Shown here: piece after piece, positions 37,814 through 52,100 of the stretch | Layout: each line of letters begins with the position of its first letter | Position numbering within the stretch: the stretch's first letter is position 1 | NCBI GenBank assembly: GCA_964247055.1 | Contig: OZ176051.1 | Location: forward strand, 4,278,001-4,342,000 | Origin: Paragordius varius | Taxonomy: Eukaryota > Animalia > Nematomorpha | Length of the DNA stretch: 64,000 bases | Direction: 5' to 3' | Translations under genes and position numbers: made by a program | Notes under the pieces: model-generated | Seen by the model: only the letters and a program-made list of their open reading frames with translations | What the model was told of the DNA's origin: nothing | Databases searched by the model: none

Positions 37814-40268
37814 ATGTATAATGAATGCAAAAACATTTTAACATATGCGCTTGGTTCAAAAATTAAAATTATCCTCTTTCCCAGATACAATATGTTTTTA
37901 CCTAAATGGTACTGAATTTATTGGCATAGGCTCTTATGAATTGGTATAAATTAGTTTTACCTAGAAAAAAGATGTTAATGATCGGCGTGGTTCAGTCGAA
38001 ATATATAATTTTGATCAAATGTTATCGTCTCATAAATATATTTCTTGTAAAGGAATATTGGATATCGATAAAATGTATGACACCTTTGGTACATGATATT
38101 TTTATTTTATATAGTATGTGCACAATCTAATTCGCAATTAGGAATATTTGATTTGCAGGCTATGGATTTTAAAAGCTTTCTCGCAATAAAAAGCAAAGAT
38201 TGTATTGTATTATCCAATAAATATATGGCAAATAAGTGAAATTTCCCTAATATTTAGAATATATTATTCTACGTCCAATGGTACCATTGGTTATGCCACA
38301 AAAAATGAAACTCATTATATGATTTCCTCAGAGTGGAAGGCTCATGAATATGAATCCTGGATTGTGTGTCCAGATAACGATTCGAACTTTATCTATTCAG
38401 GTTGCATTTAATTTCATACTATAAGAATTATTTTATAAAAAATATTTATAAAAACTTTTATACACTAAATCATAATAAGGGTCTGCCGTGTTATTTGATT
38501 TTAATTTTTTAATATGTATATTAACCTATGCAATGCTATCATTTCAAATATAATGAAGGGATATGATGTTAAGTGGCTTTTACACACAAAATATTTGATA
38601 GATAACCTAAGATCTGAAAAATAATTTCATTGCAAATTTATGCCATTTTTAAATTTTTTTTTCATAAATCGCTTGAATTTAAAATATATAGGAGGTGATG
38701 ATTGTTTGTTCAAATCTTGGGATTTACGGTGCGAACCTTCAAAATGTTCTAGCATAAATAATTATCATACGATGGGCATTACATCGATATCAGTTATGCC
38801 AGAAGAGTCATATTTAGCTACTGGAAGGTTTTAATATACTTTTTAAATCTTGGAAAAAATGCACTATGTAACAGTAAAACCTATCTAAAATGGTGAGAAA
38901 GCGTTTGAGAAATATATTTGCATAAAATTTGAAATAGGAGAAATTAACGGACAAAAAAATAAAAAAAAATTATTTTTTAACCAAAATATATTTTTTCTAT
39001 ATATTTAATAGTATTAGCTCAAACCTCTTGATCCTTATATAAAAATTGATTTATAACTGATCAAAAATTATTTTTACACCAAAAAACTTGGATTTTAAAA
39101 TTGTTCCATTTTTGCGTAGTGTAATTGAGGTATGCGCTATAATTTTAAACCATAAATAAACATATAACCATAAACATATATTTTATATTATTTTTCAAGT
39201 TTCCCATTATTGGGGTGTGAATCTTGTGATTTTTGGATAAATTTTGAAAAAATATTATAAATTTCAAACTCTAATATAAATAAGTTTTATAAATTTAATA
39301 CTCCTCTTGTAAAAAATTAATATAATTTTTTTAAAAACTTTTGCTGTTTTTTGTTAAACTTTTAAAGTTTTGATGAACGGTTATGTGTATGGGATAAACG
39401 TAATCTTGGATCAAATAAATCAAAACCAATCCATGACATAAAACTTGATGGTGGAATATGGAGAACCAAATGGGGAAAGTTATTAAATGAGAATGGAACA
39501 TGTTTAAACTTATATGCACTCTTAGCAGCTATGCATGGTGGGACGTACGTTTTGAAATACGACTCTGTTTTGGGTAATTTTCATAAAATTTTACGGATGA
39601 TATAATCGACTGCTAAAAAAATTAATTTTAATAATAAAGTTTCCTCTAATGAAATTCAGAGTTGTTCGGCATATTATGTCTTCATTATATCTATGAAAAA
39701 ATTTGATTACCATAATTAAGGAGTTAAATTATGTATTAAGCTTTCATATCATTTATAAATTATGTACCAAATATGACTTCAAAACCATTTTATCCTTTAT
39801 AAAATGCAAATATTTTGCCCCTTTTAAACAGATAGTATGATGTGAATATTTTTATTTTTCCCTATAATTTAATAATCATTCCTTTTTTGCATCAATTGTA
39901 CACCATGCGCTATTGTATATTAATGCGATGAATTTCATTAAAATATAATAGGGTTAAAAATCATTATGAAATTTTGAAATTTTAGAAACAATTTTTACGT
40001 ATGTAAATATCTTTAATAAATTAATGATTATAATAAATTTAGCCTTAATAAAGCCTAGTTACAGTTTTAATGATCATTTCAAAATTAATCAATAATAAAT
40101 TTAGGTTTTCAAATAATCGATCAATACTCAAGTAACGAACCTTTAACATATGGCGTAGATTGGACTGCATCTTCAGATTTTACACATATGCAAAAACTTT
40201 CTGATATTACAATCTTTTCATCGTCGTTTTATGAAAAGGAATTATATGTACTAAAATTGGATAAATAA
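37814..40268 (+). CDS. DPH7: Diphthine methyltransferase homolog (WD40, WDR85/DPH7)
   Basis: Exons 37814-37853, 37885-37943, 37965-38088, 38115-38235, 38258-38400, 38692-38827, 39368-39573, 40105-40268; 331 codons. Motifs GIGSYEL, WKAHEYESW, YSGGDDCLFKSWDLR, HTMGITSI, GSFDERLCVWDKR, GGIWRTKW, AAMHGG, LTYGVDW, SSFYEK. Confidence 0.9.
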
Positions 40269-40358
40269 ATTTATTATTTCTTTTTTTAATAAATATATAA
40301 TCCATACATCTTTATTTAAAAATAATATTGACATTATTCAAAAAATATTTTCTCGCTA

Positions 40359-40390
<32 letters not shown>

Positions 40391-40631
40391 CAGGTGTAAA
40401 ATGTTATAAAATTTAAAAGTGGGATAAAAAAATTAATAACACATATAACTTTGAAAATTTTATATTTAAAAATAGTAGTGACCCGGTTGGCATATAAATT
40501 AGTATTCTTATTACATGTATATCTCATATTGATCATTAATTGTGTGCATTTCTTGGGTTATTTGCATTTTATGTATGTGTTGTGCAGCATCTTTTTTTGA
40601 GCATAAAAGAATAAAAAGTTGAATATTGTGT

Positions 40632-43600
40632 TCAAGCAACTGTACCCATTGGAAATCCATTGTTTGCAATACTTTGTTTATCTTCTGGTACATTAACATG
40701 CCCATTTTTTAGGGGGACAGGTATGGCAGTTAAAAAATTACCAAATTTACCATATTTTCCACCATTTCCATTGCTTGCATTTTCACCAGGGAGCGTTAAA
40801 GGATTAACGAAATTATCATTGGGATAATGGTGTGGAAACTGTGGGGATGTACTACCCTTAAACCCTGATGATGGTGTTAACAAGAATTTGGCCAGGAATA
40901 CGGCTAATATAGTTCCAATTGTTAAAATTGACAGTGTGAGTGATAGGGTGACTAGTTTTTGCATAGATCGTAAAGCTTTTACGGTACCGAGAGAATTCAT
41001 AACAGCGATATCAGATGATGATTTAAGCATATCTACCCTGGGTTCCCTGCCTCGAGACGCGTCATTGCCATTGATCGCATTGGATTCTGGGTTAAATTCA
41101 TTGTTCTCCTTGTTCGCATCGAATAGATCGTTTGTGCCCTTCACGTGGTAAGCTGAATTGACTGTAGTATGGGAATAAATTTTACATTTGTTAAATAATG
41201 CGATCGTTAGTTTTGACACATAAAAACAACACATTGTTCAAACTAATTTTATAAAATTATATATAAAAACGCTTATTTATAAATTTTTTACCGACTGAAC
41301 CATTTTGTGAACAAACGAAAGCGTTTAGCGGTGGATATAAGATGGGGACGCCTGCTAGATTAGGAGGTGAGGCGCATTTGGCTTGTTCCATATCTTTTTC
41401 TTGGACGTATTTATCAGCATGACTCATTTGATCCACCCAAAATTTATACCATTCCCGGAATCGTCTCATTTTGCAATCACAATGCCACGGATTATCTATG
41501 CCACATAAAATAATTATTTTTTAAATACGATCTAAAAAGATTGAATTAAATTTAGCATATTATTGAACACACCTATATTCAAAAACAGTAGTGTTTATTT
41601 AGCCGATTCTATAATGGATATATGTTACAGTAAAAATTGAAATTATACGGACAAAACGTTAAAATATAAAGACAAATATTTATCAAAAGTCAACCATAAT
41701 TTTTTAAATCTTAATGTATCCTATAAAAATCATTTACAATTGTGAAATATATAATAATTGTCAATATACATCCTTATTATATAATTTGCAATTTATTGCA
41801 ATGAGTTATATTTTAAAAAATTAAGGTGTAAAAATGTATGGTTGTCTTTTAGAAAAGAATATTCTTTATATTTTCCAATAAATTCGAATTAGTTGATGCA
41901 AGGAACTTAGTTTGCTTCAAACATATTAAAAACAATTATATGTTTCTTGTCCATATATCTCAGTGGGAATGCGAACGCCGAATTATATTTCAAATATATG
42001 GTCAATACTTTTTCTACATATATATAGTACTGAAACAAAAGCTTAGTCTCCGCACACAATTTATTATAATTGTTACAAGTGGAATATAGATTAAATAAAA
42101 TTTTATTTTCAGTAAATTTTTTGCATGGTCTTTACAAATTAAGTTAGCAATACTTTTATCAAAACGTAATAGATGAGTCTTGTACAAATTGGAAAGAACG
42201 GCTTGATGAATTCAAAACCGGTAAAATACATTAAAAACCGCTATAAAAACTGTCCATATTAAAATTAATGTTAAAATTTTCTAAGCATTTTTTTGCCACA
42301 AAGTATAGAATCAAACCCATTTTGTTTAGGTTCTAATTTTTTAAATAATATTTAAATATTATTCACCTGAAAAATCTGTATATGTATATAACAAACACAT
42401 ACATCCATATTTTAAGAAGTTGCTGATATAATATAATGAATAGCGTTTAATTTTTCTATTCTCACATTTTGAATGATTCTTTTCCACTTAATTCAACTAT
42501 ATACCAAAGTGTACCAACTGAGCATTTAAATTTGAAACACTAGGGGAGAGTGATATTTATATGTTGGTCCTTTTCGATTCTTTATTTGCTTATATGGCGT
42601 TTAAGCTCAATTTCGGATTTTTAAAGCCCATATCATTCCTTTTTTAAATAATTCTAGTCCCACAAAGGGAACATATAGTCGCGTAAAACTGACCCACTAT
42701 GTTATAAATCAAACTTTATTTGACCACCCTTAAAATTGTGGGAACATATTTTTCAAAGATATACTATGCCAAATATATATTACCGAAATTCCTTATAAAA
42801 TTAATGAATTATTAAACAATAGTTTGTGCCTGTTATTAATTTTAAAATTACTAAAAAATGGTCTATAAGGAATTTACATTCTTAAAGGTTCCCTAGTAAT
42901 GCAAACATATAAAATTGATTTATATTTAATATAATCTATATATTTATAAAAATGGAAAATGCTGGCTTTGTGATCTGGTACCGGAAAACCGGTAGACCCA
43001 TTCAAATCCAAACTTCGAAAAAATATAATCATTAATGAATGCTCCGACAATAGCTTCGCCCTTTTTTGAGGCCCCTAGTTCGGGCACACCCCGTGTGAAA
43101 AACGGGTATTTTTTAAAAAAAGGAGTCCACAAAAATCGTGTCTTTGAGACAATTTTCTGGAGAACGTGTTGGACCATTCAATTTCAAATATGATTTTGTT
43201 TATTTATTTTCGATTGCGCCGAACATAGTCGTCTCGCTTTTATAATTTAGGCCCTCTTTTTACCCGCTCCCCCCGTAAAATGCCATTTTTTTCAAAAAAC
43301 AAAGTACACAAAAATAATTTTTTAAATCTATTTTTCGCCCTAGGTATGAGACCGTAAAAATTCAATATGGATTCCACGTATTCCCTGTTGAAAGGCAAAA
43401 ATTTTAGTCAAGTGTTTCTTTGATGATAGCTGCTGGGTAAGAAGCTACCCTCTAAAAACTGATTCCTCATGTAACTTTGTGATCTGTTTCCGGAAAACCG
43501 GTGAACCTAATCAAATCCAAATATCGAAAAAATATAATTATTAATAAATGTCCCGACAATAGCTTCGCCTTTTTTTGGAATTAGGTCCCCAGTTCGGGCC

Positions 43601-46425
43601 TACCCCGTGTGAAAAATGGGTTAAGTCAATTTTTTGGAGAACGTGTTGGACCATTCAATTTCAAATATGATTTTTGTTTTATTTTTGATCGCGCCGAACA
43701 TAGTCGACTCACTTTTTTGATTTAGGCCCTCTTTTTACCCGCTACCCCCCTAAAATGCCATTTTTTTCAAAAAAAACAAGGTCCAAAAATAATTTTTTGA
43801 TTGTATTTTTTTGCCCAAGGAAACAATATATTAGTATGAATGCACCGTTTTATAATTCCCATAAAATCATATTTTAATAATGTTTCGAAATAATCCACAT
43901 ATGTGGATCATTTTATTGTCCCTTATTTCAAATAGCCCCCCTTCCCCAGAAGTCCGAAGGACTTCCTCGTGCTGCTTAGCAGCACGAGATTTACGCTAGT
44001 TTATTATATATATATATATATATATATATGTCTGAAATAAAGCTGGTCTGCATAAAACTAGTTATTACAATAAATATACTTAATATGGCATTCAATTTTT
44101 AACAGCTATATTAATTATAAATCGTATGCATATTTTATGGAAACCCTCTATAAATAAAATAAATCAAAACAAAAGGATTGAGTAAAAAATACTTGTCAAT
44201 TATTTTATCTAACACAAAATCAATCTATTCTGTGGCCAGTCTCGTATATAAAATATAAATTAAAATCAATAATTACTTGACATTCCGATAAATTTTAGCG
44301 TATCTTCCGATCCTTGTAGCGCATTTATATCAAAACCGGTTAAATTGTTGTGGCTTATGTTGAAGTATTGAAGATTTTGAAACTCTGATAAGGTTTGATA
44401 CGATATGTTATTTAGGTAATTATGTGATAAATCTAAAAATATTAATTTGTTGCCCAATGATTTAAAAGATGACGGATAAACTGTTTTCAAATTATTGTTG
44501 GATAAATCCAGTTTGGTAAGTTTTACATTTTGATCGAATGCAAGCTCCGGTATTTCACCAATAAAATTTTTGGATAAATCTAGTAATTCCAAGTTTTTGA
44601 AGGTTTGGAAAAAGTTTTCTGGGATTTGCGTTAATAAATTTGCTTTTAAATCAATATGTTTAAGCCATATACTATCGCCCAAAACATTAGCTTTAATGTG
44701 TTTTATTATGTTATAACTAGCAAACAAATGTTCCAAAGAATTTAATCCACTAAAACTGTTTTCACGTATCTCAATTATAGTGTTGGACGAGATGTCCAAA
44801 TGTGTCAGTTTCGGGAGATTTGAAATGCTTGAAGAAATATCCGATATTTGATTCCCTTGGTTAAAAAAATATTAGTATTTTATATAAAGGTTTTAATTGA
44901 ATTATCTCAATAGCATAATAGGGTTGGGTTTTTGACCGGTCAAACAATAACAACCGATGTGACCGCTTCTGACAATCATTAACTGTCATATTCAGCCATG
45001 AATATCAATGTAAACTTAATAAAAAACGCAATCAACCCATAGAATAAGTTTTCATGGTTAATAATAAATATTCATAAATTTTATACAATTATTTTATAAT
45101 TAACCACGTAGTTCAAAGATTTCTTGATTGGGTTAATTTAAGGGTGTTAACATTTATGGTCGTAAATGCTTTTAAAACGGTCAAATTCCTAAAGTATCAT
45201 CTAGTATGTAAAGAGTTATTTTTGAGAAATGGAAAACTTTTAGTTCTGTTAATTTAGAGTAAGATAATATTTGTGAGGTTTACTAAAACCAACAGATTTC
45301 TATTTTGAAGTGTATAATTAACGAAAAAATAGTAAATCATCGAACCTAAATCACAGTTTCATAAATTATAAATGTTCTTGGTGATTTGCAATAAAGATAT
45401 TAAGTATAAAGAGCATATTAAATATTTATATATTTCAATGTGGCAATCAATTGTTTGGTCAATAATAACTAATTATATGTAAGATTATAATCATTACATA
45501 TTTTTTGAAGAACGTATAAAAAGAGTATTTTACCCTTTAAACTTAACACCTTTAGTGTGTTTGACGAGGCGTCCAAAGAATCGGGTTCGATTGAATCAAT
45601 CCCTGAATTATTTAGGTAAAGCTCTCTTAAATATCGCAGGTTTGAGAAATGAGTTTTCTGCAATTTTTTCAATGATTTCAGAGACATGAAAATTTTTTCA
45701 ATGTTTGGTGTTTGAGAGAAGGTTAGTGGTGGTATATCTTTCAGAAAATTTGTAACGAGCGAAAAATCCCTTAAATTACTTAAGCCATTCAAGGAATCAT
45801 TGTTCATTTTGTTCAAGGTAAAACTCATAATTTTGAGCACTTCAAGCTTGGAAAGGCGATCAAATGCGTTTGGTGGGATAGAACGAATATTGGCGGAACT
45901 AATGAATAATTCTTTTAAGTTTTTGAGCGGTTTAAGGGCTTGCACCGGGATTTGATCGAGCGTTTTATACTTAAAACTGACCCAAAAAAATTCGAGAATG
46001 GTCAATTTCTCCAAACTATCCTCTATGCCATGGAAAGCATTCTCTGAAAAATTTTTGATTCTATTTAAGCGAAACTGTAACTCCTTCACGTTCAGTCCAT
46101 TGAATGTGTCATTCTCAACCGTTGGGATAAAATTTAATTGAAGCACCAGGGAGTTTATGGGCAAATCTTCATTGCTATTCTTATAAACCGATAAAGCTTG
46201 GCGTAAGTTATCACCCTTTTTGTTTGAACATGTAACTTCCATCCCATTCTCATGAGTTGATTTACACGTACAAAACTTTTGAGATCCGATACCAATGGTA
46301 TCAATACTTATGGGATTAGTTCCGTCTGGGCATTGGGGTTCGTGGTGACCCGTGGTTTGTGTGAAAAAAAATGTCAAAATACAATGTAGCAATAATAAAA
46401 GGGTAAAATACATTTTTGAAATCAT
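40632..46425 (-). CDS. Leucine-rich-repeat type I membrane protein (signal peptide, LRRNT, LRR array, LRRCT, TM, cytoplasmic tail)
   Basis: Exons (minus) 46425-45534, 44855-44277, 41495-41292, 41161-40632; 735 codons. Hydrophobic N-terminus, CP...CTC LRRNT, LxxLxLxxNxI repeats, LRRCT NNPWHCDCKMRRFREW...KCASPPNLAG...FVC, and TM LVTLSLTLSILTIGTILAVFL. Confidence 0.9.
42935..43999 (+). mobile_element. Non-autonomous Helitron
   Basis: A|TC 5' end at 42934/42935; 3' hairpin CTCGTGCTGC-TTA-GCAGCACGAG (43966-43988) then CTAG|T; no TSD; two imperfect internal tandem units; homologous to 62812-63745. Confidence 0.85.
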
Positions 46426-47637
46426 ATTTATGGCTGGCTATATATATTAAGATGTTGATGAAAAAATCAATGTAGGATATTTTGTAAACTATCTATTGAT
46501 CAATGTCAAAAGTCAATTACTAATTTTCAAGAACAAACAAATATAAGTATAGAAATTAATGGAAAAAAAGATGCTGAAAGTTAATTACAACGTGTAAATT
46601 TGGCCATAACGCATAAATAAAAATTAAAGAATTAATTGATTGGTGAGGAGCATTCGTTTTAGCGCATAAATAAATTAAAAGAAAATTCAATTTTATTTTC
46701 GAAGGTAGATGTTATGTTATAAAAAAAATTATTGTCGACGCGACCTTAGTTTAGTGAAAAAAAGTATAATGGACGACGACAGTTTAAACCGTATATAAGC
46801 AATTTGTGAAATGTTAATGATAATAATAATACATAACTATTGTGTGCTCTTTCTTATAAATAAAAAATAAATAAAATATATAAAACGTATTTTGTGCAGT
46901 TTTGCATGATATATATAATTGTTTTTTTACGCGCTACGCTAAAATATCATGATATAATCGTTTTTTTGCAAGATAAAACTCTTTTTTTGTGTGAAAAAAC
47001 CTAAGGTGAGTGTGGCAATAATGATATTAAAATTTTTATTTGTCATTTATTATAAATGAAGAAACTTTAAAAAAAGTTTTTACATTAAAGGTCGTTTGAT
47101 GATCGAACCATAGTGTTCAATAAAAAAATATTTTTTGAGCAATAGATTTATTTAATAAGGCTAGTTCCAAATTTATATTATATAAAAATTGATTAATTTA
47201 AAAAAATAAAAATATGTATATAATTGTTTTTATTTAAAAAAATTATATTATTAGCTCAATAAAAAAAATTCACAACCTTATGTCAAAAAATTGTTAGGGA
47301 AATGGCAGGAAAAGTAGGTGTATTATTATAATATCGTTTATAAAGCATGGTGAATATATAAAAAATAAAACTATTCTTATTCACAGTGTTTAAGCGTAAG
47401 GAAAAATATAGGATGCAAAATACTATATAATATGAAATATGTAATGATAACGGTTAGTTATAACGTAAATACATTTTTTTCAGTTTTTATATGATTCCAT
47501 TCATTTTTTACCTATTTGAAAAAAAAATAAGGTGTTAAATAAGCTTAATCATTCCTTTTAACTTTATATGAAAAATAAATACATATTAAATAAATATATA
47601 TCTTTGAGGCTTTTTCCCCATAATTTTATCAAAGAGA

Positions 47638-47675
<38 letters not shown>

Positions 47676-49100
47676 CGATAGTTTGATAAAAATTGCTATT
47701 ATAAATTTTCCGGTTTGACATACTTATTTTCATAATTTTCAAGGTTAAACAGTTTTTCCACCTTCTTAATTAAAAAATGTAACTTAAAATAATTGTGAAA
47801 TTAATTTTTTTACGTGAAAAATAAAAATGTAAATTTTTAAAATGGTATGCCCCTAAGAAACCTTGCTTAATATTATCATTTATCTAATAAAAATTGAAAT
47901 ATGGAAGTTCATTAACAATTTCGGTAAAAATAAATATTTATAAAGCTAAAATTTATATAAACATATAAAACGACTTATACTTTTTAAGAGCAAACTTGAA
48001 ATTTAACACTGTAAAATAAATTTAAATATTTCTCAATTTTTTTAATAAAAATAATTATTTAATGTTGACAGATAAACATATGTCTGAAAATAGATTGGGG
48101 GGTGCCTTTATAATTTTAAACAATAGTTAATTATTATCATTTATTGAAAAGTTTTAAAAAGTATTACGGGTATCTTAAATGCCGATGATTAGTAACGGAA
48201 GATTTACAGATTACCCCCAAAAATCAATTATATAACGGGTTCCTGAATTTTAATAAAATAACAGTATAAAATTTATTTCATTAAAGATGTTTAAAGAATG
48301 ATATCATAAACAGTTGTGGATTTGCCACAAATTATATGGTGTAACATACGTTACGAAAGAATATATATAAATTATAAAATTTAAAAAGATTTAGTCTAAA
48401 AACGATACAAATGCAAAATCATAAGAATAACAGTGTGATCTATCTTCCGCTAATGAAAGCCAAATTAAAAATTTGCCAGATGACACAATTTTTTTGTCAT
48501 AATAGGCTAACTTTATAAAAATGTTACATACATATTTTTAGCTAATTAAGAATATATATTTATTACATAGGCATAATGTAAAAAGAATGGATTGACATTG
48601 AACTTGAATTCACATATTAATATGGGAAAATGAAACAAATCATGGTTTGCATTATGTATTTATAGTTATCGAATTCATAAATTTTTTTACATTTACCAAA
48701 TTTACATAATTTATAATTTGTTCGACTTTAAGATAAACATAGTTTACTTATTTATATAAATATTATACTTTCTAAAATAATTATATTATTAAAATATTTT
48801 TGGTAAATAGAAAAATAATAATTGAGGGATATACGATCCAAAAATCTGAATATTTTTACACACTTTAGATTCCGATACATTGAAATAGTTTTATTTTTAA
48901 GGCATAATATGTTACCAAAGTAGGTATTTAGGTAATTTTTAAATTAATAATAATTGAACAAATATATATAACATATACGCGCATTTAGCAAAGCGAAAAA
49001 GATTTGAGGAAATTTTTATACATATACCTTAATCAGATATAAGCTTTTTTTACAATTTATTTGTATTTGGAGGAATGAATTATCAGCGATAAAAAATATT

Positions 49101-52100
49101 TTAATCAATTTTACAATCTTTTATAAAGAGTGCTAGATTGCTAGTATAATCCAATGGATTAAATGTTTCCTTTCGTACAACCTGTGTGTTAAAATAAAAT
49201 TTTATGATTAATATTCAAATCCAAAAAGTGTCTCAAAAATACAGTAAAATTAAATTATACATACAAAATGTAGAAACATAAAGACAACTAATTTTTTTAC
49301 AAAAGACAACCAACCATACTTTTTAAAACTTAATTTTTACCAAAAAATTATTAAATATAATTGATTGTATTACCAATTTACATTTCTATTTTATACTTTG
49401 CAATGAAAACGAAAAGTAAATTCAAGTTTAGGAATACTCACAACGGTTTTTTGAAAAAAATATTTCGATATCTTTTTTACGTTTTTTTTCTGTATAATTT
49501 CAATTTTTACTGCATATATATATTTATATATTATACTTTTTCAAACGCTGTTTCCGTTTCACGATAAATTTTTTGATAAGCCGAATCATTCAATAACTCA
49601 TACGGTTTTATAACGTCAGGATTTAGCTGTGGAAATGGTAAATATAATTCTTCCACCGCGACTTGTTTAAGGAGTAACGTATCGCTTGGTGAAGGAAAAA
49701 TGACATAAAACATGCACACACCCTTTTTTAGCTGTTCATTTTTGGTTAGGGTTGGTACGGTTTTTACACAGTTTGGGTTATAACTGGTCAGTAATACGAA
49801 TCCCTGTCAGTAAAAAAGCGATATAAATAGTTCTAATGAAAGAGCTATTAAATGATTTATATTTTCATATCCAGATATTAATTTATCAAATTACGATCCC
49901 ACTGTATTTAATATCTTAATAAGACTTATAACAATAATATCAGATTCATTAAAAATGGAGTTATATTTTTATATTTTTATTAAAATCAACTTTTGACTAA
50001 AAATGAATGGTTAGTGTTGCAGCGTAAGAAAAAATCAAAAAAACATTTTCAGTTTAGTAGTTGAATAAAATTTTAATTTATGCAAGAATTTAATAAAATT
50101 GCAAATATTTAAACCAAAATTGGATTTATAGTTATTATTGTGTTTAGAGTAGTATTTATAAAAAAGTAAGGCATAAAAATCCAAAATAAGATTTTGGGAA
50201 AAATATTATTTAATTCATAAATTGTTATAAGGGATTTGGTCGGTAATCAGAATACCATTTCTTATATATATAAAACTTTAAGTTTCGTACATTAGCATTT
50301 TGAAAAATTAACCAAATGGTCAGAGACGTAGCTAGGGCGTAAGAAAGGGGGCTTATGCACCGGGCGCCATAGTTAAAGGGGAACAATTTTTGATTTTTTT
50401 CAAAAAAATTGGCATTTAAAAGTTATTATTTTAAATATAAAACATAAAAAAATCCCCCATTTATGAGTGGTCATTAAATGTTCGAATTTGATTTTTTTAA
50501 AATGCAAGGGGCTGCATGGAGGGGAGGGGGCCATATGTGCAAGCTACGCCTCTGCAAATGATTAATATTTTAGTATGAAATTATTACTTTAATAAAAATT
50601 ATAATTAAAGTAAATTTTTTAGATAATTAAACCGATTTTGCCAAATATATTCCCCGAACAGATGTTTTTTGCATACAAATAATATGGATTTATATTCAAA
50701 GAGCATACCGTTCAATTTCAAAACATAAAGTTTCTTTTTAAATGAATGGTATTTTTGTTGACGGTTATAGATGCCATGAATGACCGTGACTATATTCGCC
50801 AAAAAATGATCAGTCAATATGTTTTACATCTGTTCATCACGTGATATAATATAAAAATAAAATAATGGAAAAAATATCTGTTAATTTTTTTATTAATTAT
50901 TTGCTTAGTTGTCGATAGGAAAGTCCTTCAAACATTAGACGCAATGATTGGTTAGTTTTGTTTATTAAATACTTAATAATCCAATCATAATTTTTTAAAT
51001 TAAAAAATAATATAATAATCTATCTACATGTTTCTTCAAAAATTGGCAAAGTGCAACAAATCTTTTCCGATTTTCTTCCAACAAATCCCATTCTAACTTC
51101 CAATTATGTGTTGGTCTAAGAATAAGTGGCTATATAAAAATAATTATAATTTTAAAAATTTATTTTCCAAATCTATACAATTTCCCATATGGGAGTCTTT
51201 TAATTGGTTAATCGAAAAAATATTTAAGTTTATATAAGCAAGTGTGAGATTTTTGTCGTATGAAAAACAATTTTAACAATAATCTCAACTGGTAATCGCT
51301 GGAAACAAAAAATATATACAAAAATTAAATCCATAGTGCGCAACTAAAATACAAAAATAGTATAAAATATCCACGATATTAAGTTTTTAAAATTTGTACT
51401 TTTCCAATTAATATTGATTCGCATACTCCTTCAACGTTAATTAAATTCACTGCGTTCATTGTAACACAATCGTCGACAAAAGCCGTTTTTTTCTGATACA
51501 GATTGTTGAGGCTTATGTTGGATTTTATATTATGCTTGGGATAAATCTTTTTTTGATATGGGACATTGTTAGGGAATTTATGCTGAATATTGATAAAAAG
51601 CGCTATAAGATTACGATATCCCATTATTACTAAAATTTGGCCGTTTATTAAATAAAGTTTTATCATTTATAGTTATTTAATTCCATTTAATTTTTTGTTT
51701 GTTTTTAATGTTTTTTATCTAAAAATATACTGATAGTTAAGTCCCTTAAAAAACACCAGCTCGCATCAAACATATTTCAAAAAAGTCATCACCAAACAGG
51801 AATAATGTTATCTTTCATTGGACAGCATTCATATTGTGTTAAACACTAATTTTTGTCATCTATTTAAATAATTTTTGTACCAATCATTTGCAAAAAAAGG
51901 TTTAAATATATTTTCTTGTACTAAGTTAAATAATACAATTTAATATATTTAGTAAGCTTATCGATTTCAGTCCAAAATTACCAAATATAAAAGTACATGG
52001 GCGCATTTAATATGTGAAAATGGTCCAAAATATATTTCTAATATTTGTTTTACCAAAAACTCGACGTTAAAATTCGGTTCCATATGGATTATATTGGAGT

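Noticed and set aside
41238-41244. Apparent in-frame TGA (readthrough or selenocysteine) joining ORFs 41257-41469 and 40632-41234
   Set aside because: A better acceptor at 41162-41163 (ACTACAG) joins the exons in phase with no stop. Both ORFs are the 3' part of the LRR gene.
50605-50817. 70-aa minus-strand ORF
   Set aside because: M1AP exons 51028 and 49803 join directly and match the family, so this ORF is intronic and has no recognisable homology.
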